The notes under the pieces are model-generated. The model had not been told where the DNA came from. It saw only the letters and a list, made by a program, of their open reading frames with translations, and ran no database searches. A stretch of 64,000 nucleotides of DNA from an uncultured delta proteobacterium (lineage in GTDB: Bacteria > Myxococcota > Myxococcia > Myxococcales > Anaeromyxobacteraceae), in NCBI GenBank assembly GCA_963828255.1, contig CAWHDZ010000027.1:64001-128000 (forward strand), given 5' to 3'. This document shows positions 49,391-58,246 of this stretch, one piece after another (the first letter of the stretch is position 1; each line of letters opens with the position of its first letter). The position numbers and the translations under genes are program-made.

Positions 49391-50569
49391 ATGAAGCCCC
49401 AGATCCGATTCGCCGCACTGCTCCTCGCCGTCTCCGTCGGGCTCGCGCCCGCCGCCCGCGCCGCCGACGACGTCGTCACCGTCGGCGCCTGCCAGCCCAT
49501 CACCGGACGATTCGCCTTCGCCGGCATCGCCATCAACGCCGGGCTCCAGGACTACCTGAACCTGGCCAACGAGAAGAAGCTGGTTCCGGGCAAGAAGTTC
49601 AACTACGTCTACGAGGACTCCGGGTACGACGTGGAGAAGGCGGTGGCCTGCTTCAAGCAGATCATGGCCAAGCACTCCCCGGTCATCATGTACGGCGAGT
49701 CCACCGGCCTGGGGAAGGCCATCGCGCCCGAGCTGAACTCCCGCTACAAGGTGCTCTACGCCTCGGCCTCCTTCTCCAGCGAGCTGGCGGATCCCAAGAA
49801 CCACCCCTTCTCCTTCATCTCCGGCCCCACCTACTCGGACATGTTCGGCGTGCTGCTCGAGTACATCGCCCGCAACAAGGGGGAGGCCAGGCCCAAGGTG
49901 GCCTTCTTCTACAGCGACACCGAGTTCGGCAAGGACCCCATCCCCTTCGCGAGGAAGCGCGCCGCCGAGCTGGGAATCGACGTGGTGAACGAGATCGTCA
50001 CCAAGGCCGGCGCCGTGGACGTGACGAGCGAGGTCCTCCAGCTCAAGAAGACCAGCCCCGACTACGTCATCTTCCAGGGCTACATCCTCTCCCCCATCAT
50101 CGAGGTCATCCGCGCCACCAAGGACTTCGGCATGAAGACCCGGTTCATGGGCACGTTCTGGTCCATGGACAAGGGCATCATCGAGAAGCTCGGGCAGGAC
50201 GCCGAGGGCTACATGGGCGTCATGCCCTACGCCTACTTCTACGAGGAGTCGGCCCCCGGGATCGCCGCCATGCGGGCCTACAACCAGAGGCTCCACCCCG
50301 AGGTGAAGTACCAGCCCAACTCCTACGTCCAGGGCTGGTTCACCGGCATGGTCTACGTGGAGGCGGTGCGGCGCGTGGTGGCCGCGGGCAAGCCGGTCAC
50401 CGGCGAGAACCTGGCCGCCGTCATCGACACCATCAAGGACTGGGACACCGGCGGGGTCACCGGCAAGGTGACCTTCGTGAACCACAAGGCCGGCGTGGGG
50501 CGCGTCTACAGGGCCAACGCCGCCAAGGGCATCTTCGAGCCGGCTTCCGACTGGATCTACTCGAAGTGA
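49391..50569 (+). CDS. HAAT-family periplasmic substrate-binding protein
   Basis: AGGAGG RBS, signal peptide, QPITGRFAFAG, EDSGY and DTEFG motifs. Confidence 0.92.
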   Translation: MKPQIRFAALLLAVSVGLAPAARAADDVVTVGACQPITGRFAFAGIAINAGLQDYLNLANEKKLVPGKKFNYVYEDSGYDVEKAVACFKQIMAKHSPVIMYGESTGLGKAIAPELNSRYKVLYASASFSSELADPKNHPFSFISGPTYSDMFGVLLEYIARNKGEARPKVAFFYSDTEFGKDPIPFARKRAAELGIDVVNEIVTKAGAVDVTSEVLQLKKTSPDYVIFQGYILSPIIEVIRATKDFGMKTRFMGTFWSMDKGIIEKLGQDAEGYMGVMPYAYFYEESAPGIAAMRAYNQRLHPEVKYQPNSYVQGWFTGMVYVEAVRRVVAAGKPVTGENLAAVIDTIKDWDTGGVTGKVTFVNHKAGVGRVYRANAAKGIFEPASDWIYSK

Positions 50570-51369
50570 ATCCGCCGCTCCTCCACGTCAACAACCTGGA
50601 GGTGGTGTACCAACACACCATCCAGGTGCTGAAGGGGCTCTCCCTCTCCGTCCCCGAGGGCGCCATCGTGGCGCTCCTCGGGTCGAACGGGGCCGGGAAG
50701 ACCACCACCCTGAAGGCCATCTCCGGGCTCCTCCCCCTCGAGAACGGGGAGATCGTCGACGGGGAGATTGCCTTCCGTGGAGCCTCCATCGCCGGGAACC
50801 TGCCCCACCGCATCGCGCAGGACGGGCTCTTCCAGGTGATGGAGGGGCGGCGCATCTTCCAGCACCTCACGGTGGAGGACAACCTCGAGGCCGCCACCTA
50901 CGCCAGGAAGGGCGGCGTGGACCTGGGCGAGGCGCTCAAGAAGGTCTTCACCTACTTCCCGCGCCTGCGGGAGCGGCGCAAGCAGCTGGGCGGCTACCTC
51001 TCCGGCGGGGAGCAGCAGATGCTCGCCATCGGCCGGGCGCTGGTGGCCGGTCCCTCCCTGCTGCTCCTCGACGAGCCGTCGCTGGGGCTCTCGCCGCTCC
51101 TGGTCCAGGAGATCTTCCGCATCATCCAGGCCATCAACCGGGACGAGAAGGTCTCCATCCTGCTGGTCGAGCAGAACGCCCGCATGGCGCTGGCCATCTC
51201 CAGCCACGCCTACATCCTGGAGAGCGGGAAGGTGGTGCTCGACGGCCCGTCGGACAAGCTCCGCGAGGACCGCGACGTCCAGGAGTTCTACCTGGGCAGC
51301 GCCGGCTCCGGGCGGGTGAGCTACCGCCAGGTGAAGCACTACAAGCGGAGGAAGCGTTGGCTCTCCTGA
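50566..51369 (+). CDS. HAAT-family ABC ATP-binding protein (LivF-like)
   Basis: GSNGAGKTT, LSGGEQQM, LLDEPSLGL and a basic tail KHYKRRKRWLS. Confidence 0.94.
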   Translation: MNPPLLHVNNLEVVYQHTIQVLKGLSLSVPEGAIVALLGSNGAGKTTTLKAISGLLPLENGEIVDGEIAFRGASIAGNLPHRIAQDGLFQVMEGRRIFQHLTVEDNLEAATYARKGGVDLGEALKKVFTYFPRLRERRKQLGGYLSGGEQQMLAIGRALVAGPSLLLLDEPSLGLSPLLVQEIFRIIQAINRDEKVSILLVEQNARMALAISSHAYILESGKVVLDGPSDKLREDRDVQEFYLGSAGSGRVSYRQVKHYKRRKRWLS

Positions 51370-53183
51370 GCGCCCCCGGCGGCGCCGCCGCCGACACCCT
51401 GCCCAAGCTCCTCGCGGCGCGGGCCGCCCTCCACCCGGAGGCGGTGGCCCTGCGCGAGAAGGAGTACGGCATCTGGCAGCGGGTGACCTGGCAGGGCTAC
51501 CTCGACCACGTGCGGCGGGCCTGCATGGGCTTCGTGGCGCTCGGCCTCACCCAGGGCGACAAGGTCGCCATCCTCTCCGAGAACCGGCGCGAGTGGCTCT
51601 TCGCCGAGCTGGGCGCCATGGCGGCCGGCGCGGTGGGCGTGGGGGTCTACCCGACCAGTCCGTCCAACGAGGTGCAGTACGTCCTGGCCCACTCGGGCGC
51701 CACCATCGTGGTGGCCGAGGACCAGGAGCAGGTCGACAAGATCCTCGAGGTGGGCGACCGGCTGCCGGACGTCCGCCACATCGTGGTCCCCGAGACCAAG
51801 GGGCTGCGCAGCTACGCGGACCCCCGCATCCTCTCCTGGGACGAGCTGGAGGAGCGGGGCGAGCGGCTCTCCGGGGAGCGGCCGGGACGGTTCGAGGAGC
51901 TGGTCCTGGCCACCCGCCCCGACGACGTGGCCTTCCTCATCTACACCTCGGGCACCACCGGCTTCCCCAAGGGGGCCATGATCTCCCACCGCAACGTGCT
52001 CGGGCAGGCCCGGGCCGCCGCGCTCGCCACCGGGATCGGCGGCGCCGACTCGGTGGTCTCCTACCTGCCCCTCTGCCACGTGGCCGAGCAGATCTTCTCG
52101 GCCTACCTGCCGCTCCAGCTGGGCATGACGGTGAGCTTCGCCGAGGGCATCCGCACCATCCAGGAGGACCTGCGCGAGATCGCACCCACGGTGTTCCTGG
52201 GCGTGCCGCGCATCTGGGAGAAGATGCAGGCCGGCATCCAGGTGAAGATCCAGGAGACCGGGCCGCTGCGCCGCGCCCTCTTCGAGGGGGCCATGGAGCG
52301 GGGACGGAAGCGCGCCCTGCGCCGCCTGGCCGGAAAGCCGGCCGGGGCGCTCGAGCGGCTCGCCGCGGCGCTCGACCACCTGCTCGTGCTCCGCGCGCTG
52401 CAGAACTACGTCGGCCTGCGGCGGACCCGGGCCACCTTCTCGGCCGCCGCCGCCATCTCCCCCGAGGTGCTGCTCTTCTTCCACGCCATGGGCATCCCGG
52501 TGCGCGAGGGGTACGGGATGACCGAGTGCACCGGCTTCTCCTTCGTGCAGCGCGAGGGGGAGGTCCGGCTGGGGACGGTGGGGCGCCCGCTCGACGGGCT
52601 CGCGTTCCGGCTGGCCGACGACGGGGAGCTCCTCAAGCGCGGCGAGACCATCTTCCTCGGCTACTACCGGGACGAGAAGGCCACCGCCGAGGTGCTCGAG
52701 GGAGGCTGGCTCCACACCGGCGACGTGGCCGTCCTCGACCCGGACGGCCACCTGCGCATCGTGGACCGCAAGAAGGCCATCTTCGTCACCTCGGGGGGCA
52801 AGAACGTCTCGCCCTCCCTGGTGGAGAACACCCTCAAGGTCTCGCCGTACATCAAGGAGGCGGTGGTCCTCGGCGAGGGGGAGAAGTTCGTGTCGGCGCT
52901 GGTCCAGATCGACTTCGAGAACGTCGGACAGTGGGCGACGGAGCGGAAGCTGGCCTATACGAACTTCCGCAGCCTGACCCTCCTCCCCGAGGTGCGCGAG
53001 CTCATGGACCGGGAGGTGGACCGGGCCAACCAGGGGCTCGCGCCCGTGGAGCAGGTCCGCAAGTTCCGGCTCCTCGAGAAGGAGCTGGACCACGACGACA
53101 ACGAGGTCACCGCGACCATGAAGGTCCGCCGCAAGACCATCTACGAGAAGTTCGCGCCCCTCATCCGGGAGATCTACCAGTGA
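51357..53183 (+). CDS. Long-chain fatty acid-CoA ligase family AMP-binding enzyme
   Basis: IYTSGTTGFPKG, SYLPLCHVAE, VPRIWEK, EGYGMTE, GWLHTGD and GKNVSP; TTG start after GGAGG overlaps the LivF-like gene. Confidence 0.94.
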   Translation: MALLSAPGGAAADTLPKLLAARAALHPEAVALREKEYGIWQRVTWQGYLDHVRRACMGFVALGLTQGDKVAILSENRREWLFAELGAMAAGAVGVGVYPTSPSNEVQYVLAHSGATIVVAEDQEQVDKILEVGDRLPDVRHIVVPETKGLRSYADPRILSWDELEERGERLSGERPGRFEELVLATRPDDVAFLIYTSGTTGFPKGAMISHRNVLGQARAAALATGIGGADSVVSYLPLCHVAEQIFSAYLPLQLGMTVSFAEGIRTIQEDLREIAPTVFLGVPRIWEKMQAGIQVKIQETGPLRRALFEGAMERGRKRALRRLAGKPAGALERLAAALDHLLVLRALQNYVGLRRTRATFSAAAAISPEVLLFFHAMGIPVREGYGMTECTGFSFVQREGEVRLGTVGRPLDGLAFRLADDGELLKRGETIFLGYYRDEKATAEVLEGGWLHTGDVAVLDPDGHLRIVDRKKAIFVTSGGKNVSPSLVENTLKVSPYIKEAVVLGEGEKFVSALVQIDFENVGQWATERKLAYTNFRSLTLLPEVRELMDREVDRANQGLAPVEQVRKFRLLEKELDHDDNEVTATMKVRRKTIYEKFAPLIREIYQ

Positions 53184-54328
53184 CGCGCAAGGAAGGGCTC
53201 CACGCGGCCATCGTGGGCTGGGGGAAGTGCCTGCCCCCCGCGGTGCTCACCAACGCCGACCTGGCCTCGTTCATCGAGACCGACGACGAGTGGATCGCCT
53301 CGCGCACCGGCATGCGGGAGCGGCGCATCTCCCACGTCCCGCTCTCCGAGGTCATCCACGTGGCCGCGTCCCGGGCGCTGGCCTGCGCCGGGATGGAGCC
53401 CTCGGAGCTCGACCTCATCGTGGTGGGCAGCACGCTGGGCGACGAGATCTGCCCCAACGTCTCCTCCGGCACCCAGAAGCGGCTCCAGGCCCGCAACGCC
53501 GCCGTCATGGACGTGAACACCGCCTGCACGAGCTTCCTCTACGGCCTGTCCTCGGCCACCGCCCTCATCCGCACCGGGGTCATCCGGACGGCGCTCGTGG
53601 TGGGGGCCGAGGCCCCGTCGCCCTTCATGGACTGGGACGACCGCAACACCGCCGTGCTCTTCGGCGACGGGTGCGGCGCGGTGGTGCTGCAGGCCTCGGG
53701 ACGCGAGGAGGGGCTGCTCGCCGAACGGCTGGGCTGCTACGGCGACGCACGCTCCATCCTCGACATCCGGGGGGTCGGCGCCCGCTACGCCAATCAGGGC
53801 ATCCCCGGCGGGTACTCGTCCTGGAGCTTCGACGGCCAGGAGATCTTCAAGAAGGCCGTCATCGGCATGACCCTGGCCAGCCAGGAGGCGCTGGCGAAGC
53901 GCGGGCTCGCCATCGGCGACGTGGACCTCATGATCCCCCACCAGGCCAACCGCCGCATCATCGACGCGGTGGGGAAGCGGGTGGGCATCGACCCGGCCAA
54001 GGTCTTCGTGAACGTGCACCGGTACGGGAACATGTCGGCAGCCACCGTGCCGGTGGCGCTCGTCGAGGCCCTGGAGGAGGGGCGCGTGAAGCCCGGGGCG
54101 ACGCTGCTGCTCCCCGCCTTCGGGGCAGGGCTCACCTGGTGCGCCCACGTCGTCCGCTGGGGCCAGCGCACCACGCCGCTCGGGACGAGCGACCTTGAAC
54201 TCTCCCCCTGCGACCGCACCGGGCTGGAACTCGTGAACGACCTGCGGGCCCGCCGGGCCCTCTACCATCAGGCCGCCGCGCCCTTCATCGAGGCCGCTCG
54301 ACATCTCCTCGACGAGCCCGCCGCGTAG
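53180..54328 (+). CDS. fabH: Beta-ketoacyl-ACP synthase III family protein
   Basis: WIASRTG, TACTSF (Cys), LFGDG, PHQAN (His), YGNMSAA (Asn) and AFGAGLTW, followed by an about 50-aa C-terminal extension; GTG overlaps the ligase stop. Confidence 0.92.
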   Translation: MTRKEGLHAAIVGWGKCLPPAVLTNADLASFIETDDEWIASRTGMRERRISHVPLSEVIHVAASRALACAGMEPSELDLIVVGSTLGDEICPNVSSGTQKRLQARNAAVMDVNTACTSFLYGLSSATALIRTGVIRTALVVGAEAPSPFMDWDDRNTAVLFGDGCGAVVLQASGREEGLLAERLGCYGDARSILDIRGVGARYANQGIPGGYSSWSFDGQEIFKKAVIGMTLASQEALAKRGLAIGDVDLMIPHQANRRIIDAVGKRVGIDPAKVFVNVHRYGNMSAATVPVALVEALEEGRVKPGATLLLPAFGAGLTWCAHVVRWGQRTTPLGTSDLELSPCDRTGLELVNDLRARRALYHQAAAPFIEAARHLLDEPAA

Positions 54329-54332
54329 CCAG

Positions 54333-54338
54333 TATCAT
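54333..54338 (+). promoter_or_regulatory. Candidate -10 element for a leaderless transcript
   Basis: TATCAT 8 nt before ATG 54347 within an 18-bp intergenic gap lacking a Shine-Dalgarno sequence. Confidence 0.5.
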
Positions 54339-54346
54339 CCCGGGCC

Positions 54347-55543
54347 ATGCCCATCCCCGCCCCCACCGTCGGAGAGCTCGCCCCCGCCGTCCGCCTGCTG
54401 CTCGGCCCCGGCCCGAGCCCGGTCCACCCGCGCGTCTACCGGGCCATGACCACGCCGCAGCTCGGCCACCTCGACCCCCAGTTCCTGGTCATCATGAACG
54501 AGGTGCAGGCCCAGCTGCGCTTCGCCTTCCAGACCGCCAACCCCTTCACCATCGCCGTCTCCGGGACGGGCTCGGCCGGGATGGAGGCCGCGCTCGTCAA
54601 CGTGATCGAGCCGGGCGACACGGTGATCATCTGCGCCGCCGGCGTCTTCGGCAACCGCATGGCCGACATCGTCGGCCGCTGCGGCGGGAAGCTGGTGAAG
54701 CTCGAGGTTCCCTGGGGGCAGGTCTTCCCCCACGCCGCCATCGAGGAGGCCCTGAAGCAGCACGCCCCGGTGAAGGCGGTGGGCATCGTCCACGCCGAGA
54801 CCTCCACCGGCGCGCAGCAGCCCATGGAAGGGCTCGGCAAGCTCTGCCACGCCCACGGCGCGCTGCTCGTGGTGGACACGGTCACCTCGCTGGGCGGCGT
54901 GCCCGTCGAGGTGGACGGCTGGGAGGCCGACGCCGTCTACTCGGGAACGCAGAAGTGCCTCTCCTGCCCGCCCGGGCTGGCCCCCTTCACCCTCTCGCCC
55001 CGCGCGCTCGACGCGGTGCGGGCCCGCAAGACCAAGGTGCAGTCCTGGTACCTCGACGCCGGGATGGTCGCGGACTACTGGGCGGAGGGGAAGCGCGTCT
55101 ACCACCACACCGCCCCCATCACCATGGTCTACGCGCTGCGCGAGGCCCTGCGGCTGGTCTGCGAGGAGGGGCTCGAGCCCCGCTTCGCACGCCACCGCCG
55201 CAACGCCGCGGCCCTCATCGCCGGCTTCGCCGCGCTGGGGGCGAAGCCGCTCTCCGCCGACGGGCAGCGGCTCCCCTCGCTCAACGCCGTGACCCCTCCG
55301 GAGGGCGTGGACGAGGCCGCCGTGCGCAAGTACGTCCTCGCCGAGCACGACATCGAGATCGGCGGCGGGCTCGGGCCGCTGGCCGGCAAGCTCTGGCGCA
55401 TCGGCCTCATGGGCTACGGCTCCAGCCAGACCAACGTGCTGGCCGTCCTCTCGGCCATCGAGCAGGGCATGCGCAAGCAGGGCAAGGCGGTCGCCCCCGG
55501 GACCGCCGCCTCGGCCGCGCTGCGCGCCTACGACGCCGGGTGA
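54347..55543 (+). CDS. Alanine/serine-glyoxylate aminotransferase (class V PLP)
   Basis: LLLGPGPS, GTGSAGMEA, VHAETSTG, VDTVTSLGG, SGTQKCLSCPPG, YHHT and WRIGLMG. Confidence 0.94.
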   Translation: MPIPAPTVGELAPAVRLLLGPGPSPVHPRVYRAMTTPQLGHLDPQFLVIMNEVQAQLRFAFQTANPFTIAVSGTGSAGMEAALVNVIEPGDTVIICAAGVFGNRMADIVGRCGGKLVKLEVPWGQVFPHAAIEEALKQHAPVKAVGIVHAETSTGAQQPMEGLGKLCHAHGALLVVDTVTSLGGVPVEVDGWEADAVYSGTQKCLSCPPGLAPFTLSPRALDAVRARKTKVQSWYLDAGMVADYWAEGKRVYHHTAPITMVYALREALRLVCEEGLEPRFARHRRNAAALIAGFAALGAKPLSADGQRLPSLNAVTPPEGVDEAAVRKYVLAEHDIEIGGGLGPLAGKLWRIGLMGYGSSQTNVLAVLSAIEQGMRKQGKAVAPGTAASAALRAYDAG

Positions 55544-55553
55544 ACCTCCCCCC

Positions 55554-57020
55554 ATGAGCGGACCCGCCTCCCTCCCCGAGCTGGCCAGCCGCATGGCGGC
55601 GGTGGTGGGCGCGCGCAACTGCTTCTCGGCCGGACCCGACCTCCTCACCTACGAGTGCGACGGGTTGACCCATGGTCGAACCCGTCCCGACCTGGTGGTG
55701 CTGCCCGGCTCCACCGCCGAGGTGGTCGAGGTGATGCGCCTGGCCCGGGCCTCGGGCCGGCCCATCGTGCCGCGCGGCTCGGGCACCGGCCTCTCCGGTG
55801 GCGCCCGCCCGGTCCCCGGCTGCGTGGTGGTGGCCCTCTCCCGCATGCGCCGCATCCTCGAGGTGAACCTGGAGGACGGCTGGATCCGGGTCGAGCCGGG
55901 GGTGCTCAACCTCGACGTCACGAAGCACGTCTCGGCCGCGGGCCACTACTACGCGCCCGACCCCTCCTCGCAGAGCATCTGCTCCATCGGCGGGAACGTC
56001 GCCGAGAACTCGGGCGGGGCCCACTGCCTCAAGTACGGCTTCACGGTGAACCACGTGCTGGGCGCCCGCCTGGTGCTCCACGACGGCAAGGTGGTGGACA
56101 TCGGCGGACCGGCCCTCGACGCCCCCGGCCACGACCTGCTGGCCGCGCTGGTGGGGAGCGAGGGCATGCTGGGCATCGTCACCGAGGTGACCCTGCGGCT
56201 CCTGCGCAAGCCCGAGGCCACCCGGACCTTCTTCGCCACCTTCCCCTCGACCGACGAGGGGGGCGAGGCGGTCTCGCGCATCATCGCCGCCGGGATCCTG
56301 CCGGCCGCCATCGAGATGATGGACCGGCTGGCCATCGAGGCGGCCAAGGCCGCCACCGGGCTCGACTGGCCCGACGTGGGCGCGGCGCTGCTCATGGACG
56401 CCGACGGCCCGGCCGCCGAGGTGGAGGACCTCTCCGCACGCGCGGTGAAGATCGCCCGCGAGGTGGGCGCGCTCGAGCTGCGGCTCCCCAGGAGCGAGGC
56501 CGAGCGGCAGCTCATGTGGAAGGGGCGCAAGAGCGCCTTCGCCGCGGTGGGGCGCATCTCCCCCAACTACCTGGTGGAGGACGGCACCATCCCCCGCTCC
56601 GAGATCGCGCCGGTGCTGCGCGAGATCGAGTCCATGGCCAAGGACAACGGCCTGCGGGTCGCCAACGTCTTCCACGCCGGCGACGGCAACCTCCACCCGC
56701 TCGTGCTCTACGACGCCCGCAACGGCGGCGAGGAGGAGCGGGCCGAGACCCTGGGCGGCGACATCCTGCGGATGTGCGTGCGGCGCGGCGGCTCCATCAC
56801 CGGGGAGCACGGGGTGGGAGCCGAGAAGGCCGCCTACATGGCCGACATGTACGGCGAGTCCGACCTCGAGACCATGCAGTGGATCCGCTCCGCCTTCGAC
56901 CCGGAGGAGGCCATGAACCCGGGCAAGGTCTTCCCGAAGCTGCGGCTCTGCGGCGAGAAGCCCGGGCCAGGCGGCCTGGAGCACCCCGCCGTGAAGTCGG
57001 GCGAGGTGCAGCGATGGTGA
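55554..57020 (+). CDS. glcD: Glycolate oxidase FAD-linked subunit
   Basis: PRGSGTGLSGGA, YAPDPSSQ, ENSGGAHCLKYG, NVFHAGDGNLHP and GEHGVG. Confidence 0.93.
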   Translation: MSGPASLPELASRMAAVVGARNCFSAGPDLLTYECDGLTHGRTRPDLVVLPGSTAEVVEVMRLARASGRPIVPRGSGTGLSGGARPVPGCVVVALSRMRRILEVNLEDGWIRVEPGVLNLDVTKHVSAAGHYYAPDPSSQSICSIGGNVAENSGGAHCLKYGFTVNHVLGARLVLHDGKVVDIGGPALDAPGHDLLAALVGSEGMLGIVTEVTLRLLRKPEATRTFFATFPSTDEGGEAVSRIIAAGILPAAIEMMDRLAIEAAKAATGLDWPDVGAALLMDADGPAAEVEDLSARAVKIAREVGALELRLPRSEAERQLMWKGRKSAFAAVGRISPNYLVEDGTIPRSEIAPVLREIESMAKDNGLRVANVFHAGDGNLHPLVLYDARNGGEEERAETLGGDILRMCVRRGGSITGEHGVGAEKAAYMADMYGESDLETMQWIRSAFDPEEAMNPGKVFPKLRLCGEKPGPGGLEHPAVKSGEVQRW

Positions 57021-58246
57021 CGCGCGAGCGCCCCGGGACCGCCGACGACGCCGTGCAGGGCGCGGTGCCGCGGCTCGTCCTCGAGCCCTCCACGGTCGAG
57101 GAGGCGGCCGAGGCCATGGCCCGCGCCGCCGCCGAGAAGCTCGCGGTGGCCTTCGTGGGCGGCGGCACCGACCTGGGACTGGGCGCCCGCCCGGCCCGGC
57201 TCGACGCCGTCCTCCGGACCGGCGGGCTCGCGCGCCTGGTGGACCACGCCCCGGCCGACCAGGTGGTCACCGCCGAGGCCGGCATGACGCTGGCGGCGCT
57301 CTCCGGGGTGCTGGCCGGGCACCGGCAGCGGCTCGCCCTCGACGCCCCGTTCCCGGGGAGGGCCACGGTGGGCGGCGTGGTGGCCGCCAACGCCTTCGGC
57401 CCGCGGCGGGCCCGCTTCGGGGCCGCGCGCGATCTCGTGCTGGGCGTCTCGGTGGTGCGCGCCGACGGGGTGGCGGCGCGGGGCGGCGCCAAGGTGGTGA
57501 AGAACGTGGCCGGCTTCGACCTGCCGCGCCTCATGGTGGGCTCGCTGGGGACGCTGGCGCTCCTCACCCGCGTCACCTTCCGGGTGCACCCGCTCCCCGA
57601 GACCGAGGGCACCGTCCTCTTCCCCGGGCTCGACGTCGACCAGGTCCGGTCGCTCTCCGCCGCCTGGCGCGCGGCGCAGCTCGAGCCGGTGTCGGCGGTG
57701 GCCCTCTTCGCCTCCGACCGGCTCGACCTGGGGGTCCGCTTCGAGGGGTTCGAGGCCGGCGTGGCAGACCAGGTGGGGCGGCTCCTCGCGCTCGCCGCCA
57801 AGGCCGGGCTCCCCGGCGAGCGGCTCCCGGCTCCCGGCGCGGCCGGCTTCTGGGCCCGGCACGACGCGGTCCGCGAGCGGGGTTCGCTCCGCGTGAAGCT
57901 CTCCGCGCCGCCCTCCCGCCTCGGCGAGATGGCCCGGTCCTGGCTGCCGCCGCTCCTCGGCGAGCTCTCCCCGGGCGCGGCCGCCCTCTACCCCACGCTG
58001 GGTCTGGCCTTCGCCTCGGGCGAGCCGGCCTCGGCGGCGGGGCTGGTGGCGGGGATCCGGGACGCCCGCGCCGCCATCGTCGCCGCGGGGGGCTCGCTCA
58101 CCATCGGGGAGGCCCCCCCGGCCATCCGGCCCGCCGTCGATCCGTGGGGGCCGCCGCCGCCGTCCATCGATCTCATGCGCGCGCTCAAGGAACGCTTCGA
58201 CCCCGACCGGCGGCTCGCGCCCGGACGCTTCGTGGGGGGCATCTGA
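57014..58246 (+). CDS. glcE: Glycolate oxidase FAD-binding subunit
   Basis: ATVGG, GPRR, VVKNVAGFDL, GSLGTL and KERFDP; lies between glcD and glcF. Confidence 0.9.
   Translation: MVTRERPGTADDAVQGAVPRLVLEPSTVEEAAEAMARAAAEKLAVAFVGGGTDLGLGARPARLDAVLRTGGLARLVDHAPADQVVTAEAGMTLAALSGVLAGHRQRLALDAPFPGRATVGGVVAANAFGPRRARFGAARDLVLGVSVVRADGVAARGGAKVVKNVAGFDLPRLMVGSLGTLALLTRVTFRVHPLPETEGTVLFPGLDVDQVRSLSAAWRAAQLEPVSAVALFASDRLDLGVRFEGFEAGVADQVGRLLALAAKAGLPGERLPAPGAAGFWARHDAVRERGSLRVKLSAPPSRLGEMARSWLPPLLGELSPGAAALYPTLGLAFASGEPASAAGLVAGIRDARAAIVAAGGSLTIGEAPPAIRPAVDPWGPPPPSIDLMRALKERFDPDRRLAPGRFVGGI

Noticed and set aside
51593..54328. 911-aa ORF suggesting a ligase-FabH fusion
   Set aside because: The N-terminal part is off-frame to the ligase; FabH starts at GTG 53180.
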